Shown in pieces: positions 1-12,830 of a stretch of DNA of 64,000 nucleotides. A program made the translations under genes and the position numbers. The notes beneath the pieces are model-generated. The model worked only from the letters and a program-made list of their open reading frames with translations, was not told the origin of the DNA and searched no databases. Source of the stretch: Pecten maximus (lineage: Eukaryota). Location: NCBI RefSeq assembly GCF_902652985.1, contig NC_047018.1, positions 50,654,001 to 50,718,000 of the forward strand, in the 5' to 3' direction. Within the stretch, counting starts at the first letter, position 1; each line of letters begins with the position of its first letter.

Positions 1-29
1 AATTAAAAATATATCAAACAGTAACTCAC

Positions 30-125
30 CTTTACAAGATCCTGTGTCCCAATCACACATCATGTCCTTACAATTTCCTGAACAGTTCTGATCACAGTTA
101 GTACCGTGCTTTCCAGGTATACAGT
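30..125 (-). CDS. Gene A EGF-like exon
   Basis: [31 protein letters not shown]. 96 nt, AG/GT. Confidence 0.87.
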
Positions 126-1653
126 CTGTAAAATATCAGTGTCTATCCATAGTAAATGATACTTTAATACATATTATCGTTTTGTCGTCATATAAATGTC
201 AAAGTATTATCATCTTAATTACCGTTATTGGTTTAATACGACGACAAATAAGGTCCACAATGAGCTTTTAAAAATGAATTTCTGTGCTTTTGATAGTTTG
301 TATTGTTTTTGAAGGTATGCAAAAACTATCCAATATTTTACTTCGAGATGAGAAAAAAAATCTTCTGACAATCATATCGTAGCAATTTTCGGACAACAAA
401 CTAAACAAAACTCTCATTCAGATACAAAAACGAAATGTCTTATTATTTCTGCCTCAGAAACTAGATAATGAATTACTACGGCTACTAGATAACTATGTGA
501 TGTTCTCAACACGTTAACTGCGATAGTGATACAGGTAAACTTAAACGTCTAGTAGAGACCAAGGCGGAATCTTCATCTTACCCTTTAATAATAATTTTTA
601 AAATGTTAAAAATATACTATACACACTATATAGCTATGAATAATCCGTCACAACAGTTGAACTTTATCGGCGAAGACTGGGGGGAAATGAAAATAAATCG
701 AAAACACTGGTGTATTAGACAATATTTATGTTAAAATACTATTTACATTGATATTAATAACTTATCTCGATACATGTATATGATATTTTACTGACTTTCA
801 ATTTTGTTCAATGCATGAGGTTGACTTTGCAAGGTTAACGGTAATAATGGTGAATTCATTTGGTAATATTCTTTATTATATATTATGAATATGCTCGTAG
901 GCCTGAAGCTCACCATAACATTCCCCATTAAATGTCACAGTATTATTATCTTAATTTTGGTAATTGGTTTGAAACGATGACAAGTAGTCAGAACCCGTGC
1001 ATTCTCCGCTCTGCTGCTCACATTTAGCACAGTTGCTATGGCATGTCATCAAACAGTTTGTACCGTAAAATCATCCAGTATAGTCTAGAAAGTAAATGTG
1101 TGACTTCATAATGTGAGATAATGATAAAGATGTTCCACGATTAACAAGCATTTGTAATTTGTAAAAGTGATAAAAGGTTAAGAGCAGAATGTGTAATTCA
1201 TCAGCGTGTGCAAAGTAATCTTCAATGTAGCAAGACATTCATATTTCATTTATTGAAAGGGGAATATTACCTGCATTCAATAGTATATGCAAGGTTAACG
1301 GTAATAATGGTGAATTCATTTGGTAATATTCTATATCTGAATTTTACTTTATTATGTATTATGAATATGCTCGTAGGCCTGAAGCTCACCATAACATTCC
1401 CCATTAATTTTCTCACACTCTCTGTCCTTGCAATTTTTAGAACATCTATGTTCACATCGAATACCGTACCGCTGATGAGCACAATCTGGAAATACACAAA
1501 ATAATATTTATTTACCTCATGTGTGCTACCTTATTATCGATATCATCGTATATATAGCCATTACAATTGTAAGTACAACGCTATCAACTTTAATATTATT
1601 TTTTTGAATGCATGTCATTAATGGCTTTGACTTCTTTAATGACTCAAGTAAGG

Positions 1654-1689
<36 letters not shown>

Positions 1690-4600
1690 AATTAGAGAGA
1701 ATCACGAACCACTTGACCAAATCAATTACACAGTAGATAAAAATAAATCGCCTATACAGTTTCCCGTGGACTTTTCACACAACATATCCTTACAATTTCG
1801 AGGACAGTCCTGATCACATGTGTTTCCGTACTTTCCAGGGATACAATCTGAAATCATAAGAATCCTCCCAAAATAATGCTTATTTTAACGTATACTATTG
1901 TTTGGTTCGCTAACATGTAGTTTTCCCTACTTAACATTGAGTATTAATACTCCGAATCTGTCGCAATTGAAAATATTGAAAAATCCACGCCCACCAAAAA
2001 CGTATGTAGACCACTCTTCATATATATCTGACCCATACCAAAACAAATTCCTGTGTCTTTCGAACAAGCGTTGTCTTTACAATTTGTAGGACAATCCGAG
2101 GTACAGTGGTCGCCATACTTTCCTGTGAAGCAATATGGAAAAAAAGGAATATTCTGTTTAAATTCCCCTCTTTTCTGCAACATTGTCTGGGTTTAAGCAT
2201 GGTTGTGAGTCGATGTCAGTATATGAAATTTAAAAAAAAAACAGGGAAAATTGATTTAGTTTTTCTGCATGTAAAGTCGTATGATTATTGATCGTATTCT
2301 GACATGCATTACAATGGGATGCATATCTCGTATGTTAATTTTTGTGATAGTCACTTTCTGTCCTGTCAATATTCAGATATGAAAAAAACGTAAGAATTTT
2401 CTTGCAAGATACATTTCACTAGTTTATAAGTAAATCTTTCATTAAATGGCAACACTACAGTACTTCATTTATCAGATAATCACATTATAACTCCTTATGT
2501 GACACCAAGTGCAGATGTTCGAAGATCTCTGATACAACTGATGGTTCTTTAGTTAAAGTTTTCTGATTTGGCTTTAGGTATTAATAACCAGAAAACGCAG
2601 CTAGTCAGTAAACATCCGATAACTCTGACAGCGCGCCTGCTAGCGGGCTTGATTTGCCGGCTTCCTGCGCTGGATTAAATATGTATACTGTTCTTTATTA
2701 GATTCTGTTGGTAAAGGTCATTTCGTAATTGATCTTGAAACACACTTTTAAAAGCGATTACACTATCCTCTGTATCTTTAAATTTGTAGATGAAACAATG
2801 ACAAAATATCCAGAAGAAATACAAATCATATACTTATTTGATATCGGATACCACAAAGATCTATCCATGGAATTAGTCTCAATGTCAAGGGGGAAAAGAA
2901 AGACAGATTTTTTTTGTTTATTTCAACCATTTTTGAGAAAAAGAAACCCCATCTGGCTGTATCTAATTAAGTTCAAATACATTTACTTTTGATTAATTGA
3001 GCCATCCGATAATGGTTCAGGGTCGCGTAAACTTCGCGTGCATGGCATTGACAGCTATATTTTGAAATGCTTCACCATTATTTCAATGTGCTACCGACAT
3101 ATGCTTTTTTTGTTAATATTATATTTGTGTATAAATAACGATAACTTACAGAAACAGGCACCAGTTGTGGAGTTACAGTTACCGCCATAACACGATGCTG
3201 GGCAAGGATTGTTACAGTGTCCGTTACCGTATCTCCCTACTTGACATCCTGTTTTGGAAAAAAGATCAAGATGGTAAAACATATTACATTGTATAGTAAG
3301 CAAATATATTTCATTTTCCAGCCAGATCATTATTTGCCATGCCCCGACAAACTTTATTCTATCAGAAACATGATATTATGTTTAATGTTTGAGGTACAGA
3401 TTTTGTTTTTTTGTTTTTGATGATCTTAGTTAAGTTTGTAATTTTACAACATACTGGCAATGGATTGACAAGCGTAAAAGGTTGCCCCATACCATCATAC
3501 TGACCAGTAAGTTTTGTGAAAATCTAAGAATATCTCACAGAAATTAAATAAAATGTAAATGTATAATTACAGGTTTACCTACTGCTGTTTTACCAATTCT
3601 CTGTTTTAGGTATATTTAAAGCATTACTTTTCAGAATCATGCAAAATGACAATTTGGTATGTTTCAGTAACTGTAAACTCAGATTGACATTTTTTGAAAT
3701 TAGAATTGCTATTGCTAAACTTCATCAATTTCGTGCATTTGTTCTGAATATGTACGGCAGAATCGGGTAAGGAAAACCCTGTCTTGATATTAGAATATTT
3801 ACGTTTAAAATGAAGAAAGAATTGTTCTTACATAGAAACACTTCACCAAAATATTTATTCTAGCCCCAATATCAAACAGAATCATACTCACCAAACACCT
3901 GTACCTCACACAACTCCAGAATAGCGTCATCATCATACCAGTTGTATAGTGGAGGGGTGTTTCTATCGTTGTACACGGTCACATACCGACCTACATCCGG
4001 GCACTGATGAGTTATGTTTAACTGTACCGCATTTCTACTACTACTAGTGTCCTCAAAACAAAGGACGCCTTCTGTGGGCGAGGTGGTGGTATTGGATACA
4101 TAAAGCTTGTAGCCGGCCAATCTTTGCTGAAAATTATCTAAACAAAAGAAAACAAAAATCGTCAGGTAGATAATCAATCTATAAGAGAATAATGTGGACA
4201 AATGTCAATATAAATGTCGAACGTTATCAATCCCAAACTTACATGTTACACGAGATTATATTATTGGAAGATCTTAGCGTCATAAAAAATCGCCTTCTGT
4301 GTGAAAAGTGCCGAGCACAATCAGAGATCTTGCGTATGAGGAAATAAAATGGATTAATACAGAAGCAAGTATATCTATGAAGAATGGCAGAAAACACTTA
4401 AGTGCTTAGACTATTGCCGTGATGGCCGAAATGGTTGTTCTGTTAAAAAAGGTACCAAATCAAATTCAAATCAGACTCGTTCATTCAAGATAATTTTCTG
4501 TTTTACTTGTACATGTACATGTACATTTTCTAAATCATGGACCAGTCAGATTGTCTTCTGACAAAATCCTGCATTAAAGTCCTTCTCGATTCCTTAATGT

Positions 4601-7600
4601 CTTTTTGAATCTTTTTACCAAAATGTTTGTCGTAGGTTTCTCATTGTGTATGTCTTGTCAATGTTATGTCAATTTGTTAATTTTAACCTGCTGAGTATAC
4701 AGGTACATATAACGACACATATATCGTCATAACCTCCTTTATCACTTTCTCGCCCTGAGTTTTTAATACAATATAAAGTAGATTGACTTCCTGACAGTCC
4801 AAGAGCGAACAGTATTAAATGTGTTTATTTTTATCAATTCACATGCAGTCTAGTTAAGAGTTATGTTTCCAACGTCGCAACGAATACGTATATGGTATCG
4901 AGGACTTATCATTATGGTATGACACCACAAAACGACGGACAAAGGGAGAGAAATCTAGCATACAATACGGATATTTTGGAAGTATTACTGAATGTTCACC
5001 GACACATCACGACACGGTCTAGGACGTACAATGCATTAACTTATTTATCAAATAAAGTGGTTGATGGAGAATATCATTGATAAAGAATATTGCCAAACTG
5101 GTACCCATAATGGTCTATGATTATGTTCATATTCTGCATTTGATGTAAACGCAAGATAATATGATCAATATAAACCTGGAAGGAAATAAAGTCTTGCGTA
5201 AAATTGTATCAGAGCAAAGAGAAATGTGGGCAAAATGATCATTTTTATATGTTACCTATTTTGAAATATTCCCAACAAGTATGAACAAGTCAAAATAAAA
5301 CAGAATATCCTAAAACAGAAATTCCCTTAGCGAATCAAATTGTTAGATACATTCTTCTTTACATAAATACATTTTGATTCTCCAGGAACTCCACAGATAG
5401 TGACGATATGTTTTCTTTGAATAACACATAAGCCCTAATCAAGAACACCACATAATCTACAACATCAGTTGCTTACGAGATGTCGACTGTTAACGCACAA
5501 TTAAACAACGAATGTCTACCCGAGATGCATGTTGATCGTAACCATTGGAAAGTCTCAAAGTCGAAATTGAAGATATTTTCTTTCAGTGTGCCATATGAAT
5601 CCGGAGGTTATCATTTTTTTGCCTGATTCTCGCCTCCCAAGTTAGCATATACATAATATAATTTGACGTACCCTGTTTGGCCTAGATTTATAAAGTGTCG
5701 TCAACGCTTGCTGCCAGAACAACTGGTACTATCCTCATGGTAATTTTACAATGGTCACAAATATATAATGTTTCTTTATATGTTTGCTTTGTTTTATCGA
5801 TTTTGAGTTACAGTGACAGTTTTACTTGTTGTTTTTCGACTATTGTCTGGAGAGCGAAGAATAATATAATCTATCATGGGCCTGTTCTGTGGACAGGGAT
5901 ATCTCCAACCGAGTGTAAGAGTTTGGCCAGTCAGCACGAGGCTTGCCGAATGCTGGCCAGCCAAACTCTTACACGAGGGTTGAGATATCCTTGTTCGTGG
6001 AACAGATCCATGATTGATTAGTTTTCTCACATACTTCCAACCAAAGTTTTTATGAAAGTTTTTCATCTCGCCGTCTTCAATGCTCCTTGAAATGTGCGTC
6101 AAAATTGATGACGTCAGCATTTACGACTTGGTTACTCGACGTTAAATGATGACGTTACGTTATTGTGAGCAGCGTCATATAGCGCGTGCCGGCTTTCTTT
6201 ACCCACCCCGTGTAAGATCGATTTATCTTTTCCCTAGCAACCGCCGGATAACCCTGTGAAGTATGGGAGAATTCTCCGTTTTTTACCAACGGATAATTTA
6301 TAGGAATACCGCATTGTTCTGTTTTAAATAATGTCCAAATGTTATGTTAAGTCTTAATTATACATAAGCATTTTCTTTTTTTGTTGAGTTAGCATAATAG
6401 AATAATAATTGCTAAAATGAGTGTTGTAATAAGGCTTATCTACATCGAGGTAACTGAATTTTGGAATCAAAACATTTTTGGTATAGACCCTACACTCACC
6501 TCTGTAGTACATTGTGATCCTACTAATGGTCATCCACTCTCCAAGGTCAACACGCCACCAAACCGTTTTGAGACCCTCCTGTGTATGTGTACAACAGTTA
6601 CTGTATATGTTTGTCTTTGTACAGTTATCCACAACTTTACTTGATGTCCAATTTGCGTTCTCATAGTAACTACTTTGTACTGTTGTTTTATTCAAGGCGA
6701 CGTTAACTGCAATAGATGAAGCAGTACTTGATACTTGATCATGTTGTCTTTACAGTTAAATATAACAATGGTTTTCAGATATCTTGTTATCTTATTTATC
6801 CTTGCCATGGAGTTGTGATAAGTTATCTCAGCTTTCTTAAAGACTCTTGGAAGAAATTCTATCGCGCTCCGCCTTTTTCAACCTATCGTATCGATGTTTT
6901 ACTGAGACACAAGAAAGGCTTTTTCATTTGTGCATCAAACACATAATGTATATGGAGGAAAACGATTTTTAAAAAACCTATAAATACAAAAATGCACACT
7001 TTAATATAAAACAAAGCTCTTCGATATTCGAACTCGTTACACTTATTCTAGTGCTCACCGTTGTCACTGTTTAGCCCCCATTACTGATTCGTTAATGAAA
7101 ACAAAATTGGCAGATAATTATTTATAGATTATATTCTAGGGATTGAAAAATAATTCCAATACCTAAAATCAGTTGATGGTTGTAACAAAATGGGTAGATG
7201 ATTACTTAAATGAATGATGGTACATTTAATACCAATCATTAATTATCATGTCAGAGAGAGTGACTACTGAAGATAAAGATAGATTACCTTGAAATACCTA
7301 GGATGATTCGGAGATGGGAGTTGATAAATGCTACTGACAGTTACATATGTCATTTAACAATATAAACACACCTTCATACTAGTAGGCAAAATGGGTGTGA
7401 CCGAATGAGTACTTTTGAAATTTAAGTTTTGAAAAGGGGTTTGATCCACCATAATAAACACCTTTTGATGAGGCTTAAATCAAAACCATGATTATTCCAA
7501 AGACAATGACTGGTTGATTCCTTGGAACTTGTTTAATTATTTTCCTGTTAAAGATTATATTTCATTTGTATTACTAACTACCTAGTCAAATAACTATAAG

Positions 7601-8583
7601 TATAGACTTATGGCTATCATATGTTCATTAGGGATTGCATGTTTTATCCTATTAGTTATGTTTAAAACGCGAGTAATTTGCCCGGAGTTTGCTTTTGTCG
7701 AGAGATTATTGATGAGTGCCCGTTTATATAAGTATGACTCATTATAAAGTCTGTATATAACAAGCAAAACCTCAAAATCAATAATCATACATAAAAAACA
7801 ACCCATTATTTAGGCAATATTGTTCCATTCGAGTCAATCAATCCATTATTATTGAAATTTTATTAGCTAATGAGCGCATTGAATCTAATGGAAGCAGGAA
7901 AGGAAATCTTGCATGGAATGGGCAGCATAAAGAGCGTCCTGTATGCGGATATAGAGATTATGGGTGGAGAGAGGGAGGGTTAAGGAAATGGGGATAGCAG
8001 ATAATAATGTAACACAGCGCGAAATATAAATAAACTTACTAAATACTAGTCACGAGTATTGTTGTGTTATATGATAGGAGAATAAATCATTTACCAAAGA
8101 CGATCTATTAATAGGAATATCCTAATCTAAAAATAGAAAATCTTCCCTAATACATTGGAAATATGAACATTAGTGTTTAGATATGTTTTTTATATTTAGA
8201 GCTGTGTTTTTTGTTATTGTTTTTAAAATGTTATCAAAAATATTCATAAAAAGTAAACAAATGTAATACATTTGTATGTATTTAAATATATTATATGACA
8301 GATATACCTCAAAATATTGTGTTAATACTTATATGATAAATGCACCAGACAAAACATCAACATATTGAATCGCTCAATACTAACTTCTCTAATCAGGAAG
8401 TAATCTAATCTACTTCGCATTTTGTAGTATCAACTATCTACCTGTACGTCATTTTGTATTTACTACATTCAGTTCGTATTTTAAGTACTTACTTTCAGAT
8501 CTGACAGTATTTAATACCATGAGAATGATCAGGATCACATCTCCTCCTAACAAAATCTTTCTCGTCGTCATTCTGAGTTTCAT
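30..8583 (-). CDS. Gene A (5' part, continues beyond left edge): paralogous F-type lectin/EGF-repeat receptor, presumably an RPTP
   Basis: Exons 8493-8583, 6500-6706, 3892-4137, 3150-3248, (2039-2134), (1752-1847), 1390-1485 and 30-125 are collinear with gene B exons and introns. TM and PTP exons are not inside the window. Confidence 0.85.
995..1084 (-). pseudogene. Gene A EGF pseudo-exon (copy of the membrane-proximal exon type)
   Basis: YTG*FYGTNCLMTCHSNCAKCEQQSGECT. In-frame TGA, Cys>Tyr and a weak donor. Homologous to 28228-28317. Confidence 0.75.
1390..1485 (-). CDS. Gene A EGF-like exon
   Basis: CAHQRYGIRCEHRCSKNCKDRECEKINGECY. 96 nt, AG/GT. Confidence 0.85.
1656..1688 (+). repeat. 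Poly-G tract (33 nt)
   Basis: Read directly from the sequence. Confidence 0.95.
1752..1847 (-). CDS. Gene A EGF-like exon with non-canonical GC donor
   Basis: [31 protein letters not shown]. Donor AG|gcgatt. Confidence 0.6.
   Translation of the reverse strand: MVSLESTETHVIRTVLEIVRICCVKSPRETV
2039..2134 (-). other. Gene A EGF-like exon, intact frame but AG>AT acceptor
   Basis: CFTGKYGDHCTSDCPTNCKDNACSKDTGICF. Acceptor ttccAT versus tttcAG in the gene B counterpart at 38195-38290. Confidence 0.72.
3150..3248 (-). CDS. Gene A EGF-like exon
   Basis: [33 protein letters not shown]. 99 nt. Confidence 0.88.
3892..4137 (-). CDS. Gene A F-type lectin C-half exon
   Basis: [24 protein letters not shown]. 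246 nt. Confidence 0.9.
5869..6018. mobile_element. Long imperfect palindrome of a non-autonomous DNA element (possibly Crypton-like)
   Basis: Arms of ~65 bp around a CGAGGCTTGCCGA core. The same core occurs, reverse-complemented, in the palindrome at 25893-26048. Confidence 0.55.
6500..6706 (-). CDS. Gene A F-type lectin N-half exon
   Basis: NVALNKTTVQSS..VVDNC..CCTHT..WWRVDLG..MYYR. 207 nt. Confidence 0.9.
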
Positions 8584-8608
8584 GGCGACTCCTCATTAAC
8601 CAGGAAGT
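8394..8608. promoter_or_regulatory. Pair of ETS-type (A/C)AGGAAGT motifs flanking exon 1, conserved in all four copies
   Basis: Gene A 8394-8401 and 8601-8608; gene B 49084-49091 and 49289-49296; relic 50832-50839 and 51005-51012; gene C 61801-61808 and 61987-61994. Confidence 0.45.
8493..8583 (-). CDS. Gene A exon 1, signal peptide (M)KLRMTTRKILLGGDVILIILMVLNTVRSE
   Basis: In-frame ATGs at 8583 and 8571; the latter aligns with genes B and C. GTAAGT donor. Confidence 0.83.
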
Positions 8609-10159
8609 AAATTGAACATTGCTTAAGGTTCAATATTGCTATTTCAAATATATGTTTGACAATGTGTACCCTATAATAGCTACACGAACGGGTTCCGAAA
8701 CAATGGGTTCAATAGCTGTATAAACATTGTACTTCCTTGTAATGCAACCATACGGGTATATACACACTCAGGCAGAATTCTCTTTACATTAGGCGTGCAT
8801 AAAAAAACTACTGGTATTTAAATATCGGGACATTTATGTTTAGATTTCAATCTAGCCTGTCATTATCATGTCCTTCTTGATACTGACCTTGACAACTATT
8901 TAACATCTAACTGTATACGGTGATATTATATGCGGTCGGAATGTACAAACACAATATCTAACATTCAACTGAATACAGCAATGTTAATTTTATGAATTTA
9001 CTACCGGATGGTACTCAATGATGAACGTGTGAGAAATAAACACTATCGATGGTTATAATAACGTATAGTACAGGTTTATATTCTAAATGTATCAAATGAC
9101 AATTCTTATTTCAAATAAAGGGAGGCAACTCTTCATAATGTAGTCTTGTACTTTTAAAAGAGTGAAATAAAATTCGTTTTGATATTTACACTCTGTGTTG
9201 CGTTTTCCTATATGTCGTTAATTAAACAACTTAATGTAAATTTACCTTACAGAGTTATGTGATTACTGCCATCGTATTGGCGACAGTCTATCAATTCAGT
9301 ATTATCATACTGCTTTTGTTATCGTATGATACTAACCTTCCGATTTTCAATTTTCAAAATCACATTTCTCGCGTAATATTTATTTCAAAAAGAAATTGTA
9401 TACTTTTTTTTATCATTACTGTACATATTATATGGATGTATCAATTTAAACGGACGTGTAGAAGTATTATCAATGAGTTGAATGCCATTATTTGCACAGA
9501 AACGGTATAATATGATATACGGTTGTTTTACTTACAAGGATGTAAATCTTTGCAAGTATTTTATCACGTAACTATTTACATAAATGTTAACAAAAACAGT
9601 CCATACACATGTTTCTTAATGAATACAAGTACTATTTTCTGTCAAACGGCTCTTCAAATCTGTACTATGTGAACGAGATAAACGTAAACGAGATATCAGT
9701 AAAATACTAGAACGTTGAAGATGACTTCTTCAAACCCAGGAGCTGTTACCGTTAATCACTGCTAATTTCAAAGTATGATTGTTCTCTGGTGTTTTAAGAA
9801 TGCATCCAACAGGGGCTAGTCAGAGAAGTTCAGGAAGAAAATATGTATTATTCGAGTCGAATGTTTTCAGCGTGTGATACCTGATTAAGTGCATAGAAAC
9901 GAGGGAGTTTTTGTATTGAGAGTTATGAATTTTATTTGTTGATCCTGATTTTCACATACCTTTGCTTGTGAAGTAATTGTTTATCAACAATTTCTATTGT
10001 ATAACATACGAACTATACAATTCCTTATTTCCCATATGATAAAAATGTGTCAGTGTCAATAAATACACAGAGTTCAGAGTATATTTGCGCCTTTTCATCT
10101 GTTAACTAACATTGAATTTTGTTCTAAATGCATTTGAATAAAGATAATAATAATCATAA

Positions 10160-12272
10160 ACTAGATTTGATCAAGATCAAAACACGGGATTTCCAACTAG
10201 AAAATGATCGCAGACATGTTCTCATTCTGACGAACGCTTTTGTACGTTTTACCTACGAGTTCTCTTCGTTTTCTCTTCGCTTTCCTTCTTTAACCAATCT
10301 TTAAAATAACATTTTCTTTCACATACGAAGAAAATAAACCGTTTAAAATAATTTGAAATTTTCGATTTTGTATCATTTGACCTCCGTGAATCGTGTATCT
10401 CATACCTTGTATCGTGTTTACTGTACTGTGAATCGTGTATCCCGTACCTTGTATCGTGTTTACTGTACTGTGAATCGTGTATCTCGTACCGTGTTTCGTG
10501 TTTACTGTATTGTGAATCCCGTCCATGTATCATGTTTCCCGTATTGTATAATGTATCAAGTAACATGTATCGTGTATCACATACCGTGTATCCTGTAGTG
10601 TGTATACCGTACATTGTACCTTGTATCGTGTTTACTGAACCGTAAATCGTGTATCTCGTACCTTGTATCGTGATCATGTTTGTCATACCGTGTATCGTGT
10701 TTACTGAACCGTATATCGTGTATCCCTTACAACGTATCGTGTATCCCGTAACGTGTATTGTGTATACTGTACCGTGTATCTCGTACCAAGACCGTGTATC
10801 TCGTATCAAGTATCGTGTATACCGTACAGTGTATCGTGTATCTAGTACCATGTATCATGCATACCGTACCTTGTATCTCGTACCAAGTATTGTGTATACC
10901 GTTCCGTGTTTCGTGTGTACTGTACCGTATATAGTGTAGCTCACTCCGTGTATCGTGTTTACTGTATCGTATATCGAGTATCGAGCATTTTCTTCTATAG
11001 ATGATCAAAATAAACAGATTTTAAAAGAATTTAAAATTTTCGTTTTTTGGTCATTTGACCTCGGTGACCTTGAATGAAGGTCAAGGTCAGTGAAAAGCAA
11101 TCGACTTTGTAGCCCTTTATACAAGCTATCACTGTGCCAAATATCAAATCTGTATGTGTAAAGATAAAGGAGTAAACAGAAATTAAGTGCATTTTGGGAC
11201 AAATTTGAATTTTGGCGGGAAAACCAACATTTTTCAAAGTGCCATTTCTACGTCATTTTTCATCGCACGACCATAAAACTTGCACCGTTTGTCTTCATTA
11301 ATCATGCACTTCGTAATGCAATTAAAAAAATAACTCATTTTGAATTTTGAATTTTTGACCTTGACTTGACCTCGCGCTTAGACCTTGACCTTGACAAATT
11401 TTCTGATAACATATTTAAGAGAAAAGTGAGCCCCACCAATGTTCTACAAGAGGCATTGATTGTTCAAGGGAAAAAACGAACAGACAAAGAACCTGATTCA
11501 AAAGAAGTTTTGTTTTATTTTATTTTTTTGGCTTATTTGACCTTGAATGAAGTTCAAGGTCATTGAAAAATAACTTCTTTTGTAGCCACTCTTACGTTCT
11601 ATGGTTGTGCCAAATATCAAGTCTGTATGTGTTTAAATGAAGGAGCTGAAAAAAATTTAGGCATTTTTGCTAGATTTTTGAATTTTGGCGGGGAAAACTT
11701 TGAAATTTTCAAAGTGCCATATCTCCGTCATTTTTCATTCGATCACTAAATTTTTTTCACATTCCAACTCAGTGGTCCATGCTCTTTCATTTGTTATTGT
11801 ACAGTTAACTCGATTAGAGAATTTTATTTTTGACCTTACATTCAACCCATAGCGAGGTCATGACCTTGACACTTTTTCTGATAACATGGCTGAGAAAACG
11901 TTAGCCCCGACAACGATCTGCATGACACACCGAGCGAGAATGAAATAGAACGATCGTGTATGAAGTTATGGTCGTTCAAAGAAAAATCTGTGTTTTGACC
12001 TGTGACCTTGACCTTTGGACTAATGATCACCAAAATGGCAGACAAATCACCAGTTCGGTTGTTCGGTATCATGTACTGTAATACAAACGTTTTATCTGTG
12101 TGCGTTTTTGCTAGAAAGTGTTCACAGCAAGTGTTAAGAATAATAAGAATAATAAGAAAAAACATAACAATAACAATAGTGATTTCCATCCGAAATGGAA
12201 ATCCCTAATAATAATAAAAAGAAAAAACATAACAATAACAATAGGAATTTCCATCCGAAATGGAAATCCCTA
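10160..12272. mobile_element. Non-autonomous HINE/DINE-like (Helentron-type) element with internal satellite
   Basis: Subterminal IR GGGATTTCC (10186-10194) / GGAAATCCC (12197-12205). Terminal hairpin gatttccat-ccgaa-atggaaatc, AATAAG microsatellite, TGACCTTG-rich internal subrepeats and a duplicated terminus. Family assignment is by structure only. Confidence 0.6.
10385..10985. repeat. 7-bp (TATCGTG-like) satellite with a 42-bp higher-order period
   Basis: Repeated gtatcgt/gtatctc/gtaccgt heptamers. 42-bp units start at 10388, 10430 and 10472. Confidence 0.9.
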
Positions 12273-12403
12273 AAAAGAACAACAACAACAAGAACGAAAA
12301 CAAACAAAAGAACAAACAAACAAAAACAAAAAACAACGGAAAATGCAATAATTCAGAATTGTCAACTTTATTAAATTGTAATAAAAAAAACAGCATCATT
12401 TAT

Positions 12404-12830
12404 AACAAGAGGTTCATGGGCCTGAATGATCACCTGGGTTTTGATATATTTCAGTCTAGTTGATCCATTTTATCACTGACCATCAGGTCGTGGGGGTCGG
12501 TCGGGGTCAAAATGTAAATACCATAAAGGTGTCATCCCAAACTAGGTCGATTTATTTCCAATTACAAATCAACAAGTGATGCCGTTAAATGTGAGTTTCC
12601 TATATTAAATTACAGTAATTTATTGATAGTAACTATTTTACTCCCGTCCCAGGGGACACTATTTTTGACTCCGTAGGTCCTCGGGGGATCTGGACAACAA
12701 CAATTCAAAACTTGGATGGTCTCTAGTCACGCGAAGTTTATTCAGAATTTCATTTCATGTGTTTCAGAAAGAACGGAAGACGTACGACGTATGGCGATGG
12801 ACAAAAGGCGATAAGAATAGGTGAAAAATA
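12404..12830. mobile_element. Second degenerate HINE-like repeat; paralogous remnant at ~51800-52005
   Basis: Begins aacaagagg..ggcc and has gacg/gacgg microsatellite-like sequence near its end. Aligns with 51800-52005. Confidence 0.4.

Noticed and set aside
1526-1720. Poly-proline ORF
   Set aside because: Comes from an intronic 33-nt G homopolymer.
3570-3600. Possible micro-exon conserved with ~40450-40480
   Set aside because: No compatible acceptor/donor pair, and the flanking exons already join in frame; treated as residual intron homology.
10249-10851. 200-aa ORF (and overlapping ORFs) rich in T/Y/R/D
   Set aside because: Translation of the 7-bp satellite; open in several frames on both strands with no domain signal.
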